The notes below the pieces were generated by a model. That model was not told the origin of the DNA. It was given only the letters and a program-made list of their open reading frames with translations, and did no database searches. A DNA stretch of 64,000 nt from assembly GCA_964510205.1 (NCBI GenBank), contig CAZEBW010000004.1, forward strand, positions 3,638 through 67,637, read 5' to 3'. Position numbers and translations under genes: made by a program. Source of the stretch: an uncultured Anaerolineae bacterium (GTDB lineage Bacteria > Chloroflexota > Anaerolineae > VGOG01). Of the stretch, positions 49,277 through 58,706 are shown piece by piece (the first letter of the stretch is position 1; every line of letters starts with the position of its first letter).

Positions 49277-50302
49277 TCAATCTGGCTCTGCGGTGAGGGC
49301 TGAGCTCTCAACGGCAGCCTCGTGCGAAGCGCCTGCCCGCTCAATCAACTCAAATCCTTCCCGCGAGAGATAGAAGTAGCCCAAGGCCAGGGGGAGTATG
49401 TGAGTGGCCCGAAAAAGGAGGGCGAAGGCTAGTGCATCGCTCCTGTCGGCGGAGAAGACCGCGAGTATGCCGGCGAAAACGAATTCCAGAGTACCCACTT
49501 TGCCAGGCAGAGCCGGGACGAGGCTTGCCAAGTTGAAGATGACCAGCAGAAGGACATAGATGTATCCGGACAGGGATATGCCTAACGAGGCGCCGGTCAG
49601 AAGAAAGGTGATCAGCATAAGAGACCAAGCCGAAAACGATAGAAGGACTGAGAGCGCCATCCCTCTTCCCTCTTTCAAAATCAACATCCCTTTGCTGAAG
49701 GAGGCCAACAGGTTCTTGGCTTTGGAGGCCAGAGAGGGAGAGATTTTGGCCAACCCCGTGGTCAGCAGATGGGTGATGTCTTCCCCTCGGTGATACCAGC
49801 TCGCCAGGAGAAGGAGGCCGACGGCAAATAGAAGGCCGGCCAGACCACCCACGTACATGATCCAGTCGGGCAGCGGGAAAAGACGGAGGAGCACCAGCAG
49901 GCCAAAGAGTAGAATCAGCACATCGAGCATCCTCTCCACGACGATGGTCGCCAGAACCGTGCTGGTCCGCAGGCTTTCCCCTCTTGCCAGCGCGAAAGCG
50001 CGCAACAACTCGCCCGATTGGACGGGTAGAAAGTAGTTGCCGAAATAACCAATCAAAATCCTGGGCAGCAGAATGCGGACCCTCAAATCCTTAACCGGCC
50101 TGAGAAGATACTTCCAACGGGCGGCTCGCAAGCCGAAAGCCCCCAGGCGAAGCAAATTGGCCAGAACCAGATAGGAGTAGTCAGCTCCTCGCAGGGCCAA
50201 CGCGAGCTTTCCCGCCTCGATATTTCTCACGACCAGGAACAATAGGAGAAGGCTGATTCCAGTTCCGATCAGCAGCCGATATCTTTTCACCGTCAACCCC
50301 AA
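49277..50302 (-). CDS. Flippase-like domain protein (UPF0104 / lysylphosphatidylglycerol-synthase TM-region family)
   Basis: 341 aa, 8 TM, N-terminal KRYRLLIGTGISLLLLFLVV. Confidence 0.55.
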   Translation of the reverse strand: MGLTVKRYRLLIGTGISLLLLFLVVRNIEAGKLALALRGADYSYLVLANLLRLGAFGLRAARWKYLLRPVKDLRVRILLPRILIGYFGNYFLPVQSGELLRAFALARGESLRTSTVLATIVVERMLDVLILLFGLLVLLRLFPLPDWIMYVGGLAGLLFAVGLLLLASWYHRGEDITHLLTTGLAKISPSLASKAKNLLASFSKGMLILKEGRGMALSVLLSFSAWSLMLITFLLTGASLGISLSGYIYVLLLVIFNLASLVPALPGKVGTLEFVFAGILAVFSADRSDALAFALLFRATHILPLALGYFYLSREGFELIERAGASHEAAVESSALTAEPD

Positions 50303-51981
50303 TACCCCAGCCCTTTGAGCCTCTCCTCGATCAACGCGCTATCTTCCTGGGAATAGGCGCCAGCCTGGCCTCCCCGTTCCTCAGGGGCCTCGGTGTAGAG
50401 CACAGGATTGGAGACAAGAAAATCTTCCTGGAGGGCTTCTTTTAGCACTTTCCCATCCATGTCCACAGGCACGGGCAGACCCAGCAGATGTAGGATGGTG
50501 GGAGCGACGTCTATGATCTGCGCTCCCGTGATGGTCTCGTTCTCTCTGATGCCGTCACCCATCAGGGCAATCAAGCCGTTCATCCTATGGTCGCCGGAAT
50601 TGCCGAAGACATCCTCGATGATATGACGGGACGCAAACTCCAATATGCCCAGTGGCTTATATCTCATGTCCCTAGCTATAAAGGAGATATCGGGGGCTTT
50701 GTCAACGTATGGGCCATTGTAGAACTCTTCTTTGGTCAAGATCTCGCCGATAATCTTCTCACCAGTCTGAGGATCTCTAAACTGGCGCAAATCATGTACG
50801 ATTTTATCCCGAAGCTCCTCGTATTCGCGGCCAGGCTCGACAATGCCCTGGGGCTCCCTACCTTTGAGATTGATGAAGATCTGACCGTAGTTGCCTCTGG
50901 AATAGGCCCTTGTTGTGGACCAGTCCACCGACGACATGGAGAGGAACATGGCTTTCAGCAGACGAATCAGTTTGTGGCGTTGAACCAACCCGCCGGAAAG
51001 CCTCAATTTGGCCAGACCGAGCTCCATAGCCAGCCTGTATAGGAGACCGGGGGTGAACCCTCTGCTGAAAAGGGCGTACTTGGCCTTGGTGATGAAATCC
51101 TGTTTCAACCTTAAATAGCCTGACTCCATCAGCCAGATGTTGAAGTTGACGAATTTGTGAATAGGCCCAAAGCCATGATCAGACATTAAGATCACCACGG
51201 TCTCGTCGCCCGCGCTCTGAATCAACTGTTGCAGGCCGGCATCCACCTCCTTGAGAAAGGACATGATCCGACCCTCGAATTTCGCCGCCTCACTGTGGTT
51301 GTGCTTGGGATGGGTGGGATCGAAGATGTGCCACAGTTCGTGTTGGAGCCGATCCATGCCCGAGAAATGCACCATGAAGAAATCCCAATCGTAGTGCTCG
51401 AGAAGGTAGCGGCTCGTGTTAAGCCTGTACTCGAAAACCTGAAAGAGTTCCTCGATGACATGGCCGACTCGCCCTGGGCTGTAGACCTCGGTGTGCAGCA
51501 GGCGGTACTTTCCAAACTTCCTCTCCAGCTCGGGTATCAAAGTCTTGGGGTAGGAAAAGCGCCTATCTCCGGGCGGCGTCAGCATGCCGCTTATGAGGAA
51601 ACCATTGACCTGGCGCGGTGGATAGGTGACCGGCACATTGACCGTTCCTACCTTCTTACCCGCCTCGCTCACCAGGTCCCAGATCGCCTGACCGCTGCAC
51701 ATGTCGGCGCTGACGGGCTCTCGATCGAAGCTCTCTCCGTGGCGAAGGAGGAATTCGAAAACCCCATGTTTGCCGGGGTTTTTGCCCGTCATGAAGGACG
51801 CCCAGGCGGCTGCCGTCACGGGGGGAAAGACGGTGTGCAATTCACCTGCTGCCCCATTCTCAAGCATCTTTCTCAGAACAGGGAGGTGGCCCTCCTTAAT
51901 CAAGGGGTTGAGCAAATCCAAAGTCGCCCCATCGAGGCCGATGACCAAGACCCTGCGATGATTCACGTTCTCCTCTTTCAA
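50293..51981 (-). CDS. Alkaline-phosphatase superfamily protein (type I phosphodiesterase / nucleotide pyrophosphatase family)
   Basis: VLVIGLDGATLDLL...TVFPPVTAAAWASFMTGKNPGKHG (metal-binding / Thr nucleophile region). Confidence 0.7.
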   Translation of the reverse strand: MKEENVNHRRVLVIGLDGATLDLLNPLIKEGHLPVLRKMLENGAAGELHTVFPPVTAAAWASFMTGKNPGKHGVFEFLLRHGESFDREPVSADMCSGQAIWDLVSEAGKKVGTVNVPVTYPPRQVNGFLISGMLTPPGDRRFSYPKTLIPELERKFGKYRLLHTEVYSPGRVGHVIEELFQVFEYRLNTSRYLLEHYDWDFFMVHFSGMDRLQHELWHIFDPTHPKHNHSEAAKFEGRIMSFLKEVDAGLQQLIQSAGDETVVILMSDHGFGPIHKFVNFNIWLMESGYLRLKQDFITKAKYALFSRGFTPGLLYRLAMELGLAKLRLSGGLVQRHKLIRLLKAMFLSMSSVDWSTTRAYSRGNYGQIFINLKGREPQGIVEPGREYEELRDKIVHDLRQFRDPQTGEKIIGEILTKEEFYNGPYVDKAPDISFIARDMRYKPLGILEFASRHIIEDVFGNSGDHRMNGLIALMGDGIRENETITGAQIIDVAPTILHLLGLPVPVDMDGKVLKEALQEDFLVSNPVLYTEAPEERGGQAGAYSQEDSALIEERLKGLGYWG

Positions 51982-51995
51982 ATCAGATCAATCTC

Positions 51996-53678
51996 CTAAG
52001 CTATGTAGCCCAGTCCCTTCAGCCGCTCCAGGATCAGCTCCCTGTCCTCTCCGACGTAGTCCTGGCTGCTCTCCGCTTTTTCCAAAGAGGGCTCGCCATA
52101 AGTTACCCGATGGGATTTCAGGAATCCGGGAGTAAAAGCCTTCTGCAAAACCTTGCCTTCCAGGTCGGAGGGTAGAGGTAGCCCCATAGCGTAAAGGATG
52201 GTGGGAGCGAGGTCAATGATCTGAGCCTCGTCTAAGCTCTCGCCGGCTTTGACACCTCCGCCGTGTAGGATCAATATACCATCCATACTGTGATGGCCCG
52301 TCTGTCCATAGCTGGGCTCGATGACGCGATTTGAACCGAAATCCGCATGGCCGAAGGAAACGTACTTGGAGCGCTCAGTATGCAGAACCAGATCGGGCAT
52401 CCTGTCCAGGCTTTTCCCCTGGAATATCTCCTCTTTTCTATAAGCCCTTTTGATCACCTTCTCGCCGCTTTGAGGATCGCGCAAGCTCTGCGCTTCGCCG
52501 ATTAACCTGTCTCGCAGCCTCTCGTACTCCCGCCCCGGCTCGACAATTCCCTGCGGGTACTTTTCCTTGAGATTGATGTAGACCTGCCCGAAGTTGCCCA
52601 CGGCGAAGGCCCTGGTCTTCGACCAGTTGACATCGGAGAAGGAGAGGAAGAGCTTTTTCAGGAGGCCGAGGGATTTCCCCCGTTTCACGTTTGCCCGCAG
52701 GCCGCTTAGGCCCAAATACGTCGCTAGCTTCAGGATATTCATGGGGGTGAATCCCGCCTGGAACATAGCATACTTGGCCAGGCTGAGCGGATCTTTCTTC
52801 AGGCTCAGCAAGCCCAATTGGCGCAGCCAGTTGTTGACGTGGAAGAAACGATGGAAGGGACCGAATCCGTGATCCGACATCACCACAACGATGGTATCCT
52901 CGTCCGCTTGAGCCAGAATCCGACCCAGGTGGCGGTCAATCTCCCGATAGAAGCTCAGGATGGACTCCCTGTGCAGATCTGCCTGGATGGGATCGTATAG
53001 AGGGTGCTTTTCGTCGAGGAGATGCCAGAGCTCATGTTGCAGCAAATCCACCGATTCGAAGACAGAGACGAAGAAATCCCACTCCCTGTTCTCCAGCAGG
53101 TAAAGCACAGCCTCGACTCTTTGGGCCTCGAACGCTTTCACATCCTCAACGAAACGTTCAATGTTACCAGATCGGTTGCCCTCAGGCGGGGAGAGCGGGA
53201 AATCCCCCACCTTTCGCCGCAGCTCTTCCCTGAGCGAAGGGGGATAGGTGTAATCGCTATCGGGACCAGGGGCCATAAAAGAGCTGACGATGAAGCCGTT
53301 CACCGCCTCGGGGGGATAGGTGACGGGAAAGCTCACTAGCCCCACCTTGCAGCCAGCATCGCTGATGAGATTCCACAGCGTCCTTGAGGTTCTGAAGGTG
53401 GCGTTGGCGACAGATACCTGATAGCTGCCAGGGCGGGGAAAGACGAAATCCACCAACCCGTGTTGTCCAGGGTTCTTGCCCGTGGCGAAGGATGTCCAGG
53501 CCGAGGCCGAGACGGGAGGGATGGTGGTGGTCAGGGCTCCGACCGTCCCTTCGCTCATCAACCTTTGCAGGGTAGGCAATTTGCCGTCCCTGGCCCAAGG
53601 CCGGAGCAGGTCGAAAGTGGCGCCGTCCAGTCCTATTACCAACACTCTTCTGTTCTCCGCGGCGTTCTCAGCAAACAT
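51996..53678 (-). CDS. Alkaline-phosphatase superfamily protein (paralog of the preceding gene)
   Basis: VLVIGLDGATFDLL...TTTIPPVSASAWTSFATGKNPGQHG. Confidence 0.7.
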   Translation of the reverse strand: MFAENAAENRRVLVIGLDGATFDLLRPWARDGKLPTLQRLMSEGTVGALTTTIPPVSASAWTSFATGKNPGQHGLVDFVFPRPGSYQVSVANATFRTSRTLWNLISDAGCKVGLVSFPVTYPPEAVNGFIVSSFMAPGPDSDYTYPPSLREELRRKVGDFPLSPPEGNRSGNIERFVEDVKAFEAQRVEAVLYLLENREWDFFVSVFESVDLLQHELWHLLDEKHPLYDPIQADLHRESILSFYREIDRHLGRILAQADEDTIVVVMSDHGFGPFHRFFHVNNWLRQLGLLSLKKDPLSLAKYAMFQAGFTPMNILKLATYLGLSGLRANVKRGKSLGLLKKLFLSFSDVNWSKTRAFAVGNFGQVYINLKEKYPQGIVEPGREYERLRDRLIGEAQSLRDPQSGEKVIKRAYRKEEIFQGKSLDRMPDLVLHTERSKYVSFGHADFGSNRVIEPSYGQTGHHSMDGILILHGGGVKAGESLDEAQIIDLAPTILYAMGLPLPSDLEGKVLQKAFTPGFLKSHRVTYGEPSLEKAESSQDYVGEDRELILERLKGLGYIA

Positions 53679-53848
53679 ATCTTACCTCAGTGGACGGATT
53701 ATAGACGAAAGCGTGGGTAAAGTCAATGCAGGCCAAACAGCATTTTCCCCCTCGTTGTAGAGGGGGATGACGATAGATCCGTCTGCTTTCACCTCTGCGA
53801 CCCTCCCGCAGACTCTGAGCCTGCGGGAGGGTGTTATTGGCTGTCGGT

Positions 53849-56074
53849 CTATGGCCCGAAGTTCTTGAGCACCAGCGGCAAATAGACGTGGTAGGCGGAT
53901 GTCGGCGTTGTCGTGGATGTGGCAGTGCTGGTTGCGGTAGGCGTAGGTGTGCGGGTGGCCGTTGGTGTGTTGGTCAGCGTTGGAGTCAGCGTGTTTGTAG
54001 GCGTTGGTGTGTTAGTCGGTGTTGAGCTTGGCGTGGCGGTAGAGGTTGATGTAGAGGTGGGCGTCGGCGTAGGCTCGTCTGTGATGCGCAAGATGAGGAG
54101 GCCACCTGCGTTATCGGCCACGTAGACGTAGTCCCCGGCCACCTGAACGCCTCTGGCATCGCCGGGCGTGTCAAAGGCCCCAACTTCGATGGGATTTTCC
54201 TTGTCAGCCACGGAGACGATCCGCAGGCCAGCGCTTCCATAGGCCACGTAGGCGAGGTTTCCTACGACCTGAACGTCGAAGGCCCAGCCACGGATGTCAA
54301 ATGAGCCGACCTCGGTGGGATGGGCCTTGTCGGCCACCGAGATGATCCGCAGACCGCCCCCCCGATCGGCGACGTAGGCATAACTGCCAGCCACGTGCAC
54401 ACCGCTTGCCCGGTCGGGTGTATCGCAGAAGCCTTCCTCTGTAGGATTGGCCTTGTCGGCAATGGAGATGACGCGCAGCCCGCTTTCTCCGTCGGCGACG
54501 TAAGCGTGGTTGCCGACCACGTGCACGCCGCTTGCCTGGTCGGGTGTATCGCAGAAGCCTTCCTCTGTGGGATTGGCCTCATCGGCAACGGAGATGATGC
54601 GCAGCCCGCTTTCTCCATCGGCGACGTAGGCATAAGCCGCTGTCGCTTCCGAGGCCGCTGCCGCTTCGCCCACTACATGAACGCCTTTGGCGTCATCGGG
54701 CGTCTCGGCGAAGCTGACTTCGGTGGGGTTTGCTTTGTCCGAAACGGAGATGACGCGCAGCCCAGCCACGCCATCGGCGACGTAGGCGTAAGCCGCTGCC
54801 GCTTCCGAGGCCGCTGTCGCTTCCGAGGCCGCTTCTGCTTCCGAGTCACCCACCACGTAAACGCCCTTAGCCGAACCAGTGGTATTCCAGAAGCCTTCTT
54901 CTGTAGGATTGGCCTTGTCGGCCACCGAGATGACTCTAAGTCCCTCGTCCCACTCAGCGACGTAGGCATAGTTCACTTCCGAGGCCGCTTCCACATAAAC
55001 ATCCCTTGCCTCGCCAGCGGTGTCGAAGAAGCCTTCCTCTGTCGGACTGGCCTTGTCGGCCACGGAGATGACTCGGAGGCCGCCTGTCTCATCGGCGACG
55101 TAAGCGCGGTTGTCAGCTACGTGAACGTCGAACGCTCGGTCGGGTGTGTCACAGGAACCGACTTCAGTGGGATTCTCCTTGTCGGCCACCGAGATGACCC
55201 GCAGCCCGCCGTAGTTGTGGGCGATGTAGGCATGGTCGCCCACAACGTGGACCTTCCTGGCATAGCCAGATAGGTCCAGATGGCCAGTCTCAGAAGGATT
55301 CTGCTTGTGGGCGACTGAGATCACCCGCAGACCTCTATCCCAATTGGTGACGTAGGCGTGGGCCGCTCCCGCTTCCGAGTCGTCCATGACGTGAACGCCA
55401 TTGGCCGAGCCTGGCATATCGAAGAAGCCGACCTCGGTGGGGTTGGCCTTGTCGGCGACGGAGATGATCCGAAGCCCTCCGGTTCCAGCAGCGACGTAGG
55501 CGTAGGCTCCCAAAACGTGGACGTCTTCTGCCGAGTCGGGCGTGTAGAGGGAGCCTACCTCGGTTGGATTCGCCTTGTCAGCAACGGAAATGATCCGCAG
55601 CCCGCTCCACTCGTCGGCCAGGTAGGCGTACTCGCCAACGACATGAACGCTGTGGGCACGGTCCAAATCTAGGTGACCTACCTCAGTGGGGTTGCCTTTG
55701 TCGGCAAGCGAGATGATCCTTAGGCCCCCGTCCCCAGCGGCGATATAAGCGTAGGCCGTTTCCACTTCCGAGTCCCCTTCCACGTGGATGTCCCTCACGA
55801 TGCCGGGGAGCGCTTCAGTGCGTCCCATCTCGGTGGGGTTGGCCGGATCGGAGACATCCACGATGACCAGCTTCAGCCCGTTGCCGACATAAGCGTACTG
55901 TCCGGCGACGTGAACGGCGTGAGTCGCTCCCCTAATCTGGCCCACTAACTCCAGCGCCAAACCGTTCTGGGCGCCCTGGGGCGGAAGGGCCAGCCCCGAA
56001 AGGGAAGTGCCCGCCAGGATAAGTGCGAGGCTGATGACGACCGGGGCAATCTTCCAGAGATGTTCTTTGTTCAT
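53849..56074 (-). CDS. Secreted LVIVD-repeat beta-propeller protein with Thr/Pro-rich C-terminal linker and short hydrophobic tail
   Basis: Signal peptide MNKEHLWKIAPVVISLALILAG; ~14 repeats of YAYVAD..GLRVISVADKANPTE (LVIVD motif at LKLVIVDVSDPANPTEMG); PT-rich segment; ends AYHVYLPLVLKNFGP. Confidence 0.7.
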   Translation of the reverse strand: MNKEHLWKIAPVVISLALILAGTSLSGLALPPQGAQNGLALELVGQIRGATHAVHVAGQYAYVGNGLKLVIVDVSDPANPTEMGRTEALPGIVRDIHVEGDSEVETAYAYIAAGDGGLRIISLADKGNPTEVGHLDLDRAHSVHVVGEYAYLADEWSGLRIISVADKANPTEVGSLYTPDSAEDVHVLGAYAYVAAGTGGLRIISVADKANPTEVGFFDMPGSANGVHVMDDSEAGAAHAYVTNWDRGLRVISVAHKQNPSETGHLDLSGYARKVHVVGDHAYIAHNYGGLRVISVADKENPTEVGSCDTPDRAFDVHVADNRAYVADETGGLRVISVADKASPTEEGFFDTAGEARDVYVEAASEVNYAYVAEWDEGLRVISVADKANPTEEGFWNTTGSAKGVYVVGDSEAEAASEATAASEAAAAYAYVADGVAGLRVISVSDKANPTEVSFAETPDDAKGVHVVGEAAAASEATAAYAYVADGESGLRIISVADEANPTEEGFCDTPDQASGVHVVGNHAYVADGESGLRVISIADKANPTEEGFCDTPDRASGVHVAGSYAYVADRGGGLRIISVADKAHPTEVGSFDIRGWAFDVQVVGNLAYVAYGSAGLRIVSVADKENPIEVGAFDTPGDARGVQVAGDYVYVADNAGGLLILRITDEPTPTPTSTSTSTATPSSTPTNTPTPTNTLTPTLTNTPTATRTPTPTATSTATSTTTPTSAYHVYLPLVLKNFGP

Positions 56075-56099
56075 CTTTCCTTCCATTCGCTTCTCTTGC

Positions 56100-57305
56100 T
56101 CAGGTGATCTGATCTTGCAGAACTCTCTCGTAAAGCGCACCTGTTTTCTCAGCGATCTTCTCCCAGGTGAAGCTCTGGGCTAGTCTGGCCGCCCCCTCGC
56201 CCAGGCGCCGCCGCAGCTCGGCGTTCGACGCCAGTCTGGCAATGGCCTCGGCCAGCGCGACCGGGGCGTCGGGGGGGACGAGGAGGATGTTCTCTCCATG
56301 CACAAGCTCAGGCACGTCCGCTCGTGGGCGGGTGCTGACGGTGGGCAGGCCATGGGCCAGGGCGGCCATGAAGCTCCCCCGCCGGAACGAGGCCCCGTCC
56401 CGGTAGGGCAGCACGCAGATGTCGGAGGCCAGCAAGTTGGCTGAGACCTCGGCCTGGGGAGTGTAGCCCGTCCAAAACACGCTATCCGTCAGGCCCAGCT
56501 CCGCGATCAAACCTTCGACCCTCTTCAGATAGGCCAGGTTGGTGGGATCGCTGGAGCCTACTTTGCCCCCTACCATCATCAGTTGGAGGTTGGAGGTTGA
56601 TTGCATCAGCCTAGCCAGGGCACGTATCAGGGTTTCGGCTCCTTTGCTCTTGTTGAGGAAGCCGAAGTAGGAGAGCAGGATGTCATCCGGTCCCACGCCC
56701 CAACGGGCTCGCCAGGCCTCGCGGTCGTAGTCCGCCGGCGGTGCGGGGCTGATGTTGGAGCCGATGGGGATCAGCGATAGGGAGCGGATGGACGAATAAT
56801 CGGACAGCCTGGCGAAATCCTCGGCGTTGGTGGCGATGACGGCGTCGCTCCAGCGGGCCAGGGCCAGGTTCACCCACCAGCGCAGGGGGCCGGCTTTGGG
56901 GAAGAGGTAGGGCACCTTTAGATCGTGGAAGGTGACTACGGTCAACGGATGGTCTTTGGAAGAACGGGACGCGAGGCGCAGCGGCAGGAGATTGATGGCC
57001 GGGTGCATGTCGTAGGCGGCTGTCTGGTATTGGATGTTGACGATGTCGGAGCGGGTCTCGTTCAGTAGCTCGATGATGCGTCGCCAGGAGCCCCAATCCC
57101 ATTTCTCGATGATAGGGAAAAGGGACAAGTGACCAGTGACAAGGGGCAGCCCTGATCCCTTGTCCCTAGTCCCTAGTCCCTTGACCGAGGTGATAACGCT
57201 GACCTCAACTCCCAGCTCGGCCAGCGCCTTACCCAGCTCGTTGGTGAAATCTCCCACACCGCCTTGCATGGGTGGGAACTCGCCGCTGATTAGACACACT
57301 TTCAT
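56100..57305 (-). CDS. Glycosyltransferase family 4
   Basis: MKVCLISGEFPPMQGGVGDF... GT-B fold with E-x7-E region; in-frame heptamer insertions at 56575-56600 and 57140-57180. Confidence 0.8.
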   Translation of the reverse strand: MKVCLISGEFPPMQGGVGDFTNELGKALAELGVEVSVITSVKGLGTRDKGSGLPLVTGHLSLFPIIEKWDWGSWRRIIELLNETRSDIVNIQYQTAAYDMHPAINLLPLRLASRSSKDHPLTVVTFHDLKVPYLFPKAGPLRWWVNLALARWSDAVIATNAEDFARLSDYSSIRSLSLIPIGSNISPAPPADYDREAWRARWGVGPDDILLSYFGFLNKSKGAETLIRALARLMQSTSNLQLMMVGGKVGSSDPTNLAYLKRVEGLIAELGLTDSVFWTGYTPQAEVSANLLASDICVLPYRDGASFRRGSFMAALAHGLPTVSTRPRADVPELVHGENILLVPPDAPVALAEAIARLASNAELRRRLGEGAARLAQSFTWEKIAEKTGALYERVLQDQIT

Positions 57306-57546
57306 GCTTCGGTCCTGCTTTCGAGAACACGGATGTACAGGGTAGTCCCCCTCTTGGGTGTTGTTGATTGGCCCTCGGTCTGAAGACCTCGGCTGATACA
57401 GGAAATCCGTTGAAACGGATTCAGAACAAATGCGATTTATCGCATTTTATGTCTCAGCCGGGCAATTCATTGCTCGGCAAGGCCAGCAACACTCTACGGG
57501 GGGACTACCGAGTACAGGATTTACGGATTTTGCCTCAAGCTGGGTA

Positions 57547-57586
57547 GCTTCAGTAGATCGCGGTCGCTCCCGTTGAATTGCCAAAC
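57547..57586 (-). other. Conserved ~40-nt motif, copy 2 (see 36865-36905), followed by two perfect hairpins
   Basis: gcttcagtagatcgcggtcgctcccgttgaattgccaaacc; nearby aatccgttgaaacggatt and aaatgcgatttatcgcattt hairpins at ~57400-57460. Confidence 0.4.
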
Positions 57587-57603
57587 CGACTGAGCTTGAT
57601 CCG

Positions 57604-58623
57604 TTAATCCTGCGAATCCGCCGTTATCCTCCCTAACACTTGCCAATACGACTTAATCCGCGCTGCTCGCAGCGGTCGCTTGTGCCCCACCAGCCACTTG
57701 AGGGCTTCTACGATCAGTTGATAGAAATAGGTGACTAGGATAAACAACCGCAACGCCTCTGCTTGCCACGGGCCGTGATGCTTGCGGAAATAGCGGATTT
57801 TGCTGCGCTGGAATTGGATGTGCTGGAAGGATTTGACCTGCTCGCTCGATTGCCCCCCGTGGTGGACCACTTTGGCCGTGGACAGGTAGATTATCTTCCA
57901 GCCTCGCTCCTGGGCTCGACGGCACCAATCCAATTCCTCAGAGTACATGAAGAAGCCTTCGTCTAGTGGCCCCACCTGTTCGATGGCCTCGCGGCGGGCC
58001 AGCAAGCAGGCTCCAGTGACCCAGTCCACCTCTTGCACCTCGTCGTCCGGGCGGTCTGCGATGTAGTAGCGTCCGGCGACGCGGTTGTGGGGGAACCACT
58101 GCTGCATGATCGTGCTTTCCAGGAAAGCGGTGGTCAGGGTCGGGAAGCGGCGGCGCGAGGACTGGATGCTGCCGTCGGGGTTCAGGAGCTGCGGCCCCAG
58201 CGCGCCCACTTGAGGATGCTCGTCCATGTACTCGACCATCGTCGCCAGCGCGTCGCCGACCACTTCCGTGTCCGGGTTCAGCAGCAGGACGTATCGCCCC
58301 CGGCTGACGGCGATGCCCTGGTTGTTGCCCACGGTGAAGCCCACGTTCTCGCGGTTGGCGATGAGCCGCACCTGGGGGAACTCCTTTTCAACCATCGCTG
58401 CGCTGCCATCTGAGGAAGCGTTGTCTACTACGATGACCTCGAGCCGGAAGTTGGAAGGTGGAAGGTGGAAGATGGAATCGAGACAACGCTTCAGGAGGTC
58501 TCGTACATTCCAGTTCACGATCACAATGGACAGATCCATTCTAACCTTCGACCTCCAATCTCCAACCTCTAACCTCCAACCTCCATTTGCTAAGACGGCG
58601 GCTTCTAGGCCGCCGCGTCTCAA
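57604..58623 (-). CDS. Glycosyltransferase family 2 (true start probably MDLSIVIVNWN near 58539)
   Basis: IVNWNVRDLL...VVDNASSDGS; the annotated N-terminal extension is encoded by GGTTGGA-type heptamers. Confidence 0.75.
   Translation of the reverse strand: MRRGGLEAAVLANGGWRLEVGDWRSKVRMDLSIVIVNWNVRDLLKRCLDSIFHLPPSNFRLEVIVVDNASSDGSAAMVEKEFPQVRLIANRENVGFTVGNNQGIAVSRGRYVLLLNPDTEVVGDALATMVEYMDEHPQVGALGPQLLNPDGSIQSSRRRFPTLTTAFLESTIMQQWFPHNRVAGRYYIADRPDDEVQEVDWVTGACLLARREAIEQVGPLDEGFFMYSEELDWCRRAQERGWKIIYLSTAKVVHHGGQSSEQVKSFQHIQFQRSKIRYFRKHHGPWQAEALRLFILVTYFYQLIVEALKWLVGHKRPLRAARIKSYWQVLGRITADSQD
58440..58600. repeat. Inverted GGTTGGA/GGAAGGT heptamer arrays flanking the GT2 start codon (one array in frame inside the CDS)
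   Basis: gaagttggaaggtggaaggtggaagatgg (58443-58472) vs cctccaatctccaacctctaacctccaacctcc (58548-58590). Confidence 0.8.
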
Positions 58624-58706
58624 ACATCTATCCCCAAGTTACCAATTCAGGACTCTCACCCCTCACCGCAAGACAGATGGCCGCCACCTCTCATTGCCTC
58701 GTTGCC

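Noticed and set aside
53913-54125. ORF 53913-54125 (VAVGV-rich) and other + strand ORFs inside the LVIVD gene
   Set aside because: Reverse-frame reading of the Thr/Pro-rich and repeat-coding DNA of the minus-strand LVIVD gene.
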